A stretch of DNA of 64,000 bases, from positions 76,731-140,730 of the forward strand of contig NIVC01000698.1 of assembly GCA_002269645.1 (NCBI GenBank), given 5' to 3'. The DNA is from Macrostomum lignano. Lineage: Eukaryota. The notes under the pieces are model-generated. The model was not told where the DNA came from. It worked only from the letters and a program-made list of their open reading frames with translations, and did not search any database. The position numbers were made by a program, and so were the translations under genes. Below, piece by piece: positions 26,401 to 37,189 of this stretch (the stretch's first letter is position 1; each line of letters starts with the position of its first letter).

Positions 26401-28869
26401 AAGGGATGAGGAGATTCTTAAAAGAGGACGGGGAGATCCTTTAAAAGGATGGGGGATTTTCAAAAAGCGGATGAGGGAGATTCCTAAAGAGGATGGGGGA
26501 GATTCCTAAAGGGGATGGGGGAGATTACTAAAGGGGATGGGGAGATTCTTAAAGGGGATGGGGGAGATTCCTAAAGGGGATGGGGGAGATTACTAAAGGG
26601 GATGGGGAGATTCCTAAAGGGGATGGGGAGATTCCTAAAGGGGATGGGGGAGATTCCTAAAGGGGATGGGGGAGATTACTAAAGGGGATGGGGAGATTCT
26701 TAAAGGGGATGGGGGAGATTCCTAAAGGGGATGGGGGAGATTACTAAAGGGGATGGGGAGATTCCTAAAGGAGATGGGGGAGATTCCTAAAGGGGATGGG
26801 GGAGATTACTAAAGGGGATGGGGGAGATTACTAAAGGGGATGGGGGAGATTCCTAAAGGGAATGGGGGAGATTACTAAAGGGGATGGGGGAGATTCCTAA
26901 AGGGGATGGGGGAGATTCCTGAAGAGGATGGGGGAGATTCCTAAAGGGGAATAGGGGAGTCTCATAAGGTGAATGGGGGAGATTCGTAAGGGGATGAGTG
27001 AGTTTCTTAAGGGAATAGGGGAGTCTCATAGGGAATGAGGGAGATTTTTAAAGGGGAATAGGGGAGTCTCTCAAGGGGGTGTTAAGGCCAATGGGGGAGA
27101 TGCTTAAAGGGGAATAGGGGAGTCTTTTAAGGGGATGATAATTTGCTATAATGAGAAATTTGAGGAGGGCCAAAGGTAAAAAATACGATTATGGAGCGGG
27201 TAGCAAAAAGGTTGCAGGTAACAGTAAGCGTACCTCTTCCACAATATTAGCGGCCACTTTCTCAATGTCGTTAATTTGTCGGACAGCCTTCTGCACATCT
27301 TTCTGTTTACCGACAACAGTGATGACATCCGATTGGGACCCGGAGTCCGGCATGATAATGCGGGTGTTTGTCTCCTCGCGTATTTTAGCGATAGTCTGGC
27401 CTTTGCGACCAATAATGTCCTTGTGATAGGCCTTGCCAATTCGAACCTTCTCCTCGTAGCTGGAGTCCCTCAAATCGGTGTGCGCTTTCTTTAACAGTTT
27501 CTCAACGTTAGCGAGCTGGTCGCGCGGGCCGCGCAGCTGGACAACATCGCTATTCTGATCGGCGTTGGGGAATTTGATCAGCACATCCGGGTACTTGTCG
27601 CGAATCTCGGCAATCTTGGCGCCGCCCTGGCCGATGAGGGCCCGATGGAACTGGTGCTCAATGATGAGATCCTTGGAGCGCTCGTTGGCCTGCTTGTTGA
27701 CAATCTGCATCAGCTCCTCGCGAGCCAGGTTCACCTTGTCGCGCTCGCCCTCAATTCGGACAACGTCCTCGCCGTCGATGTCGGCTGGCACTCGAACGGT
27801 GCAGCCGGTGGTCTCGCGAATTTTATTGACTGTGCCGCCGCTCTTGCCAATAATATGGCGATGAAACTCGCGCGGCACGGCCACTTCAACCATGGTGTTG
27901 CGCTTCACGTAGTCGTCCACCCAGGCTTTGAGGTTCTTGTGAATTACAACAACCTGGGAAATTTGTTTAGGAGAGGAATCAGGATTTCTATATTTTATTA
28001 ATTACAATAAAATGTTGAAAAACAAGAATATTTGGTTGCATACAGGCGCAATACCTGGCCGATCCGGCCAGCTTGCGAGGGGTCCAGCCAAGGTAAGTCG
28101 CAAAAATGGCCACACGGAAAATACGTAGTACTTATTAGATGATGAGGCATTTAGCCTTAATATTACAGTAAAAGTTACTCCCGCCGTTTACCCAGAGTAA
28201 CGTTAATCACGTTTATCAGGGGGTTGCGCATGCATATTTAGTTGTAAAAATAAAAAAGCCTCACCTGCTCTTTTGGCCCGTCAATCTCGATCTTGTCCTC
28301 GCCGCGCAGGAAATTAATCTGGGCTTTGTGCGTAGGCAGACCGACAACTTTTTGCAGATTCTCGCCGCCGGGACCAATGAGATGCCGGTGCATCCAAGTT
28401 GGCGCCAGTACGGTGCAGGTAGCGTAGGAGTCGGCCTTCTCGTACACCTTGGTCAGAGCAACGCCTAGCTTGGTGCCCTCGCCGCGGAGCACGATTGTCT
28501 CTGATGGATCCTCGGCTGGCGGCACCTCCACGCTGACACCGGTGGCCTCGAGGATCTCTTGAAGGCCGGCGCCGCGCGGACCGATGACGAATTTGTGAAG
28601 CGACTTGGACACCTCGATGTTAACCTGTCAAATGCGGAATCAAAACAAAATTGATGGTGTGACGGAGCAGCAGACGGGTAACGTGACTAACTAGCGGGAA
28701 TTAATTGGAATTTTGAGTGCAATTATGGTGTCTCAAGAGACACAAAGGTTTGTGTCTCTTCTCTCTTCTCCACTTCCCTCTTCTCTCCTCTCCCTTTTCT
28801 TCATTCTCTCCTCTTCTCATCTCCTATTGTATCTCTCCCTTCTTATCGTCTCCTCTCCACTTTATTCCC

Positions 28870-28961
<92 letters not shown>

Positions 28962-31417
28962 CCCGTAAGGGAAAAAGTTTGCCGATCCCTGATGTAGGTA
29001 TATCGTGCGCATATGAAACACATGAAACACTCCCGTTGGAAAAGTTATGCACCTGCAGAGGCACAAAAGGTGAGCGAGGTGCACAAAAGAGGCACTTTGG
29101 TGGCCTATTTCGTGTGTGTTTTGGAAATGCACCTGAGTGCACCTTTTATGCCTAAATGTCACCAATATTTTTGAAAAGAGGCATGAAAGGTGTAAAATCG
29201 GTGAAGTGGTCAGGCAGTAGGTGAATTCTCAATTTTGATTGGCTGCGGCGGTAGGGCAGTAAAGGTGCTGAAGGGGCGCAGAAAGTGCACAAAAGGTGAA
29301 TTAGAGGTGCATAAGGTGTACATGTTGCAGCGTAAATATGTATACAGGTGCATTTCCAAAACACGCTCGAAATAGACCCCAAAAGTGCCTCTTCTGTGCA
29401 CCTCGCTCACCTTTCATGCCTATGCACGAATTAACGCATTAATAATCAGTAACAAAAAATTAACTGAGAGTTACATACTCGTATATTGCACGCACAGATC
29501 AAACATAGAAAAGCTTTATTTACACCTATACTAATTGCTGCTATCCCCTTCCTGATCCTGACTAACCACAAAAGTAAGCATTTCCTGTACTGATAAGTTT
29601 TAATAACTTTCAAATACTCAGGAAAAGTTCCGAAAAGTGATGAAAAGCTTTGAATCTGTTTAAAGAATAATAAGAAAAAGTAGCAAAGAACTTTCGCAAG
29701 TTGGAACGCCCCTTGCATTGCCTCTACACCTAAAGTGCCCACTGTGCACCGTTTGTTCACCTTTTGTGCCTCCAATGCACACTGTGCACCTTTATTCACC
29801 TTCGTGCCTCCAGTGCACACTGTACACTTTTTATGCACCTCCACCACAGCGCACCTTTTTCACCTTTCACTCCACCAATGCCCCCAATTCCTACTTTGTT
29901 CACCTTTTGTGCCTCCAATGCACACTGTGCACCTTTAATACACCAAACTCCCCTATGACACCTGTGCCCCTACCACCTATTTCGTGCCTTAAATTCACCT
30001 TCTGACCCTGCAGAGGCACTCAAGTGAACACGCGGTGCACAAGTGGCACAAAATAGGCATAAAAGAGGCGAAAGTGAGGCAGACGGTGTAAAACTCTTCA
30101 CCTTTCATGCCTACTTTAAAAACTCAAAATTCAACGGGACTCCTCACCGTTTGGCAGCGCTCCAAAGCGTCCTGGTACAGTTGGCGAATAATCCGGCAGG
30201 CATTGACAACGCCGTCTTTCTCGCCTGACACGCGAATTATATCAACATCGTGCTGGGCGTGCACAGGCGGTATGTTGACGCGAACGCCGTTCTCAGTCAT
30301 GATCTTCTCCAGCTGACGGTTGTAGGGCCCGGCAATGAACGGATGGTAAATCTTTGGTATCACGAGGCGCTCGGTGGCCTTCTTGGAGACTTCGTCGTAG
30401 ATGCAGAGAATCTCGTGCCGGGCTTTGTCAATGTTCTCCTTCGGTCCAATTAGGCGAATACTGTTCGGATTAGCATCGTTCTCGCGCGGGATGAAAATTT
30501 CGCAGCCAGACTTTAGTTTGATTTCTTTCAACACGCCGCCCTGCTTGCCGATCAGGTAGCGGTGGAACTCGGCGGGGACGGTCACTTCCGACTGAGGGAC
30601 CGGGTTGAGTTATTGCTGATCAGTTTAATGTTGATATGCTGATAGACTGCTGATGGACTTGGGGAGGGTAGCACACCTGATGATAGACTTGGGAGGGTGG
30701 TACACCTGCTGATAGACTGGGGAAGGGTAGCACACCTGATGATAGACTGGGGGAGGGTAGCACACCAGCTGAAAGATTAGGGTAGGGTAGCACACATACA
30801 AGAAAGGGTAGGTAAGCTAGATAAGTCTAAATAAAGGAAGAAATAGGTGTACAAACCCTAGAAATTCAAAGCAAACAATATCAAGAAGGCAAGCATGCAA
30901 GGCAAGATAAGCCATTCTGTGACAACTCACCTGAGCCTGTGTCTGCAGACGCTTGCGCAACTCGGCAACGGCGTTGCTAACCTTATCGAACCGGCCAGTA
31001 ACCAGCAGAGTGAGGGAGCGGGCCCGAGCGTTGTTGGAAATTTCAATCTTCACTTCGTGCTCCTGCTGCACCTGGGCGCAGATCTTGTTCTGGTCCGAGC
31101 CGAACTCGTTCTGCGTATCCTTGAAGCGCCGCTCCTCAAATGGAATCTCAACAATCTGGTAGCAAGAATATAATTATGAAAGCAAATAATTTAGGCTCAT
31201 ATAAGATTTAAGTTTAAAAAAACCAAGAATTTACCAACAGCTTTACCTGGGTGGTTACCGAAGTTTTAATAGGGGCAATCTTAGAGGGCGCCTTAGGCCA
31301 ATGGTTGCCATTCAGCTCAGTTGACGATCCAGTCGCCAGAGGAGGGAAAGCCTCCGAGTAAAGCTGCACGCTAGCGCTGGCAGTAATGCCATCCTGGTGA
31401 TTGTCCAATGTGTCCAT
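23442..31417 (-). CDS. HDLBP: Vigilin (HDL-binding protein, multi-KH RNA-binding protein), 8 coding exons, ~1297 aa
   Basis: Exons 31417-31247, 31155-30931, 30591-30148, 28624-28265, 27953-27234, 26194-25775, 25228-24157 and 23923-23442, all GT-AG and in frame. Tandem KH domains with IGxxG loops. N-terminal YSEAFPPL...KIAPIKTSVTTQ and C-terminal GFVVRDAPW...EHFPSI match vigilin. Confidence 0.95.
25302..25631 (-). mobile_element. tRNA-derived CORE-type SINE in vigilin intron
   Basis: Minus strand has an A box (TAGCCTAGTGC) and a B box (GGTTCGATTCC), then TGTGTCCTTGAGCAAGACACTT...CTGTAAAATGGG resembling the CORE domain, and an (ATT)n tail. Confidence 0.75.
26270..27130. repeat. G-rich intronic minisatellite, ~22-bp unit GGGGATGGGGGAGATTCCTAAA
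   Basis: About 35 tandem copies in vigilin intron 5. Confidence 0.93.
28039..28236. mobile_element. CATACA-ended MITE, copy 1 (internally deleted, 198 bp)
   Basis: Ends CATACAGGCGCAA...GTTGCGCATGCATA. TSD TTTGGTTG/TTTAGTTG (1 mismatch). Internal similarity to the other four copies. Confidence 0.8.
28740..28959. repeat. Pyrimidine tract plus (CT)n microsatellite
   Basis: Pure CT run at ~28875-28958. Confidence 0.95.
29066..29414. repeat. Foldback structure with 70-bp inverted arms, inside a GTGCAC-motif-rich repeat (~29050-30120)
   Basis: 29066-29135 pairs with 29345-29414 with ~6 mismatches. Confidence 0.85.
30645..30795. repeat. Short intronic tandem repeat, ~30-bp unit GGGAGGGTAGCACACCTGATGATAGACT
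   Basis: About 5 copies in vigilin intron 2. Confidence 0.85.
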
Positions 31418-32661
31418 GATCCTATTAGCAGTGGTCGAGACAATTCCAGTCTGTGTAGGAGTAGCCAAATTCTCTTTTCTTCCTAAAATAATAAATCAGG
31501 TGTGCAATAGTACAAACTTCTGCTTGCGTGTGTAAAGGCGATATATATATTATAGGCACTGGACTCGTTTAAAAAACAGCCGCTTGACAATACAGAAATG
31601 TAATTTTGATATTCAAAAACTTTAGCATAATGCATTGCAAATCACTGCTAAGTATTTAATATTGTTCTTGTAATTTCTACTAACATGTTTTCCTTATGAT
31701 AACCAATACGAAACATGACTTAAACACATAAACAAAGTTAAAATGCAAGACAATAGCTTTTCAATAAAAGATAGGAAGGACAAAAAACAAAGCCTAAAAT
31801 AAGTTCTAAAACCTAAAGATATATTGATAGGGGTAGAAGAATTATGGCCAGATACAATAAACTATGAATACCCATGATAACTTATAGATATATTTATACA
31901 CAACAAATGTAACTCTATAACAAAAACAATGTATAGTTAGTTACAGTTTTTATAAATTACAATTAAACATTTTTCTTAATTTTAAATAAATTAAAAAATT
32001 AAAACATAAATATGATCCAACATATTACAAACATAAGTTTCGTATATTTTATAGCATATTTTGATGTTTCACCTTATATATGACTAATACCCAAAACTTA
32101 TATTTACATAATTCAAAAATATTATATCTTGAAATGCTTACCTATGTCCACTTTTTAATATTTCAAAGAATTTGTACAGCTTTTTATTTTTAAATACCAA
32201 CTTGCCAATTTTGTTTTTCCTCTTTTAAAACGACACTATAAGAATATGACAAGACTATGGAGAACAAATAGATAGAAAAATTTAAACATCTATTTCACTT
32301 TAAATAAGTTTATAATTAACAAATAATTAACAGATTTATTTAAATAAAAATATTTTTCCATATTCAAGAAAATGACAAGTGATGATTTAGAAAGTGATGA
32401 TTTATTTATATTTTGTATAGTATCTCCTCTATTTCTAAAACCTTTGGCTTTGCACAAGAATATATTTTAGCATATCTTTAGAATGTACTATACACAAAGC
32501 TAATTATAAATTTATGTACAAATATATATATTATTGACAATTTCATGACTATATTGTTTTATATAGCTATAATAGCATTAATATTAAATCTAATAAAACA
32601 TAGGCAACTGATTTAAAAAAATAAAGCAATATCTATACCTTTATTATCATACATGCATAAT

Positions 32662-32804
32662 CTTAGGAATCACTTGGCCATTTCTATTGGCAACACACAC
32701 ATGTAAGTTGCTATTGGCTAAGAGCAGTCACATGACTACTATTCTGTCCAATAGCAACTTACATGTATGTGTTGCCAATAGAAACAGCTAGGTGAATCCC
32801 TAAG
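32662..32804. mobile_element. Small palindromic (foldback) element, copy A
   Basis: 37-bp inverted arms with 1 mismatch (TTTCTATTGGCAACACACACATGTAAGTTGCTATTGG) around a central GTCACATGAC. An inverted homolog lies at ~60980-61120. Confidence 0.8.
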
Positions 32805-33489
32805 TTGTGCCCAAGCATGTTTATTATGCATTTAAAATTAAAAACTTTCTTTAATCTAAATCACCTTCAAAATCATCAAATTAGAATTAATTTAAAAGTT
32901 TTGGAAAATGCTATTTCAGATTTTTTATGTTTTATTTACTTAAATATGCTATCATTGGCATATATATCAATTCTTGGTTTAAAATATTGTATACAAAAAT
33001 GCAATTCATGCTTGTATATATTGATAACACATTTTTGCTTGGGTATACCACTGTGATATAAACTTTTTTATTAGATTTTGCTGTGCACAAGTACAGGTAC
33101 TATTACTTTTGTGAGTAAAACTTTTGTTCTCTAGTATCAATTTTAAAAATTCAAAAAGCAGTCTGTAGAAGAGATTTTTTGCTATCAGTTCATAAAATTT
33201 TAAATCACAGGGAGCTATAGAACGAGAGCTACAGTTAAAAGTATCACTACTTTTTGGATACCCCTCCAAAGGAGTGATGTAGTAACAATGTTTTAAGCCA
33301 TTTCTATGATAAGGTTTCTAATGAGATTATTTAAATTAAAAAAATTGGAACAATTTGCATTTTATAGCATAGATTTTGTTTGAGAGGTTTTTAAAAAAAT
33401 TAAGATTAATGAAAATTAGTCTAGTAAAATATAAAAGTTATAATCATTTTTGTGATTTTTTTATTTTTATAGTGTTATTTTGCCATATA

Positions 33490-34800
33490 CGAGGGTTGTT
33501 CGGAAAGTCCGCAATCAAACGTGTCTAACAGTTTAACGGATTGAACAAATGTAACGCTACTCTTCCTGCTTCTCAATGTAGGCACCCTTGAGACTTATGC
33601 ACTTTTGCCACCTCTCAGGCAACTTCTCGATGCCGGCAGCATAGAAATCGGCAGGTGAACCCCTGACCCACTGGCTGATGGCCGATGCCAGGGTCTGTAG
33701 AGAGCTGTACTGGCGACCTTGGAGGGTTTTTTCATCTCTCCGAACAGCCAGAAGTCACTGAGTGCGAGGTCCGGCGAGTAGGGCGGGTGTGGCAGCACCT
33801 CGAAGCCCAGGTCCGAAATGGCAGCCATAGTTGCCTGGCTGGTGTGCGGCCTGGCATTGTCGTGCTGAAGCAGGATGCCACGGCTCAGCTTGCCACGCCG
33901 CTGGGCCTTGATAGCTTCACGCAACTTCTGCAGGACTTGGATGTAGTACTCACTGTTTATTGTGGCACCACAAGGAAGCCATTCGATGAGCAGAATACCC
34001 TCCTTGTCCCAGAAGACGGTGGCCATTTGCTTGCCAGCTGAAGGTGCAGTCAGGGCCTTGACAGGTGTGGGCTCATGGCTGGCCTTCCACACACTGCTCT
34101 GCATCTTGGACTCTGGCTCACTATAATGAAACCAGGATTCATCCCCAGTCACAATCCGGTCCAAAAAGTTGGGATCACTGCGATATGACTGGAGGAGCTG
34201 CCGACACACCTGGACCCGCTCTCGCTGCTGCTGGTCAGTCAGAAGTTTCAGGACCCAACGAGCAACAACGCGTGACATACCAAGCTCAACCGTCAGGATT
34301 GAATGAATGGCCGTTGATGAGATGCCAGTAATGGTTGACAACTCTCGCACTGTAGCTCGGCGGTCAACATCCAGAGCACGACGCACAAGCTCGATGTTTG
34401 ACCTGTTGACCGTGGTGGCAGGCCGGCCACTCTGTGGAAGGTCATCAACTGTCTCCCAGCCATCTTCAAAACGCTGCACCCACTTGTTGACCATTGTTTT
34501 TGATGGTGCACATTCGCCATACATTGCTTGCAACTCACGAAGAATTTCTGCCTGTCGTTTTCCTTGTTTCCACAAAAACCAAATGACACTTTGCTTTGCT
34601 TCTTCGTTGTTCAGCATAGTGATGGAATTCGTGTGTGACTAAAAACACTGCAAGAAGGAAATTCCTGGCTCAAACAAGACCACTCTTGATTTAAAACATT
34701 CAGGGTATGATATTTGTCTATGGTATAAAGTTTCAAGACAAAGTAGTGACTCAAAAAAAAGATATGCATATTTGATCGCAGACTTTCTGAACAACCCTCG
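33490..34800 (-). mobile_element. Mariner (DD34D) transposon, 1311 bp
   Basis: 30-bp TIRs (CGAGGGTTGTTCGGAAAGTCCGCAATCAAA, 3 mismatches), flanking TA duplication and an internal transposase gene. Confidence 0.95.
33557..34617 (-). pseudogene. Mariner transposase with a 1-nt frameshift near the C-terminus
   Basis: Catalytic motifs TGDESW, HDNARPH and YSPDLALSD give D-34-D spacing. After EMKKP the native tail (LQGRQYSSLQTLASAISQW...RWQKCISLKGAYIEKQEE*) continues in another frame to TAG at 33557-33559. The conserved WVP motif reads WVL. Confidence 0.88.
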
Positions 34801-34822
34801 TATAAGACCAAAGGACTATGAT

Positions 34823-35120
34823 CATACATGCACAACAGTTGGCCGATTTGGCCAATCTGGCTGACTGATTTGGTAGCCAACCAAGGTAAGTTGCAAAAAT
34901 TCCTACCCAAAAAATACCCAAGTAGTACTAAGTAGATAATGAGGCATTTTGGCTTAATAAGATAGTCATAGTTACTCCTGCTGTTTACCCAAAGTTGCAT
35001 TAATTTTGCTTTAGGGCTTCTTTTACATGTAAGTTGCATTTTTGGCCATAAACCATGCCGCATTTTTTGTTAAAACTAGCTTACACAGTCAACCAAATTT
35101 TGGGAGGTAACGCATTTATG
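34823..35120. mobile_element. CATACA-ended MITE, copy 2 (298 bp)
   Basis: Ends CATACATGCACAAC...GGTAACGCATTTATG. Perfect 8-bp TSD ACTATGAT. Confidence 0.9.
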
Positions 35121-35266
35121 ACTATGATATAATAATATGCATGATAATTGGACAAATTATTAAACAACACGAATCATAAGTGTATGAACATTTAAAAAAA
35201 TAACAATTGAGAAAATAGATACAAAACATTTGTATATAATATTTCACATTAAAAATCAAATACTTA

Positions 35267-36559
35267 CGAGGGGCACTATTAAAGTTCTGAGCCTGACCAA
35301 GATCTTATAGTGGCAAAGTGTTGAAACTTTAGGCTCTAAAAGTGCCACATGTTAATAGTCTATTGTCAACTTTTCAGAATTTTCTGCATTCCCTAAGTCC
35401 CACTGCACCATTTTATTTCCAGCACCCCATGGCATTTTCTCAAGAATTGAAGCTTGAGCACAGGGCAGTGATTAAATTTCTGACTCTGGAGGGCTCAAAG
35501 CCTGCTGAAATTCAAAGCCGCATGGCTAGTGTGTACGCTGACGCTGCCCCCTCATACGCCACCATAAAGCGCTAGGCAGCCGAGTTCAAGCGTGGCCGCG
35601 ACTCGCTCGAAGATGACCCCCGATGTGGACGACCCCGGACTGCTGTCACTGCCGACAACATCCAGCGCATCCAGGCTCTGGTTGACAGTGACCAGCGGGT
35701 GAAAGTCAGGGAACTTGCGGCAGACACTGGACTCTCTGACCCGCAAGTCATTGAGATCCTGCACCAGCATCTTCATCTGTCCAAGGTTTTTGCCAGATGG
35801 ATCCCACGAATCTTGACAAGGGACCAAAAGACCGCACGGGTGCAGTACTCAAAGCTTGTCCTGGACTCCTACGATCCGGACCCTGCCAACTTTCTGTCCT
35901 GCTGCGTGACCGGGGATGAGACGTGGATCCATCACCACGATCCCGAGTCCAAGCAGGAGTCCAAGCAGTGGCTGCCAGTTGGTTCACCTGCACCACTGAA
36001 GGCACGGACTGCATGCAGTGCGGGCAAGATTATGCTCACCGTCTTCTGGGATGCCAAGGGCCTGCTGCTGCTGGACTTTCTACCGCACAAGCAGACAGTC
36101 ACAGGCGCCTACTACGCTGACCTGATCGCCCGTCTGCGCGAAGCAATCAAGGAAAATAGGCGAGGGATGCTGAGCCAAGGTGTTGTGCTGCTGCACGAAA
36201 ATGCACCGGCCCACACTAGCAGGATTGCCAAGGCTGCTGTCAGTGTCGCAGGGTTTCGAGAGCTGCCGCACCCAGCCTATTCACCAGACCTGGCCCCGAG
36301 CGACTTCCACCTGTTTCCACATCTCAAGCGGGCGCTCCGTGGACAGCGATTTGACACTGATGATGCGCTGAAGGATGCTGCAACTGCTTGGTTTGAGGGC
36401 TGCTCGGTGCAATTCTTCCAGAGTGGCATTGAGGCGCTGCGATCAAGATGCCATAAGTGCATCTTGGTTGGGGGAGACTATGTTGAGAAAAGCTGATCTC
36501 ACTTTGCCCATATCTCCTCTCTTTCATATTAAGGCTCAGAACTTTAATAGTGCCCCTTG
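35267..36559 (+). mobile_element. Mariner (DD34D-spaced) transposon, 1293 bp, second family
   Basis: 28-bp TIRs (CGAGGGGCACTATTAAAGTTCTGAGCCT, 1 mismatch) and flanking TA duplication. Confidence 0.95.
35429..36496 (+). pseudogene. Mariner transposase with one in-frame stop and a catalytic D-to-E change
   Basis: The 355-codon frame is interrupted only by TAG at 35573-35575, where Trp is expected (ATIKR*AAEFKRG). Motifs are TGDETW, LHENAPAH and YSPDLAPSD. Confidence 0.9.
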
Positions 36560-37092
36560 TATATATACTTCAATAGACTTTATAGCAAATATTTTAAAAA
36601 AATCTATTTTAATAGCATTAAATGGAAACATTTTTTACTTTAACCAAAAAGCAATTTTATGGTTCTAAATAGTTTTATATGCAAAGCATTAGGTCTATTG
36701 GTAAAAATCATGATTATTTCAAATAGAAGATTTATTGTAAGAAGAATTTGTTAAAAAATATAGATATGTAAAATTAAATATTTTTATTGCATTTTAGCTA
36801 ATAGGACTAAAATAATTTTACTATAAATATAAAATTACTATCTAAAAGGTAGAACTTATCTAAATGATGCTTTTTATAGACTATGTTATAGATCTCTTAC
36901 AGACCCTGACTTGAATTAGTGCCTATATGTCATAATAAGTATAAAATATAATATTATAATATATGACACTAAATATATTTTCTAAATCATAATAGTTTAT
37001 AATCACCTAGAATAATAAGCATATATACTATAAAACATTTATTTGTTATATATATAGACATTATTTTACTAATTTAACAAAATTAAACAAAA

Positions 37093-37189
37093 AGTAATGC
37101 TATCTTGATGATTGTCCAATATGTCCATGATCCTTTAAATAGTGGCTGAGAAAATTCTAGTCTATGTAGGAATAGCCAAATTCTTTTTT
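37093..37189 (-). pseudogene. Diverged ~97-bp duplicate of the start of vigilin coding exon 1
   Basis: Aligns colinearly, in the same orientation, with 31382-31478 (ATG plus adjacent 5' UTR and first codons) at roughly 85% identity. Confidence 0.8.

Noticed and set aside
23416-27920. Plus-strand ORFs overlapping vigilin exons (e.g. 23416, 24113, 24905, 25946, 27645)
   Set aside because: They are antisense shadows of GC-rich coding exons.
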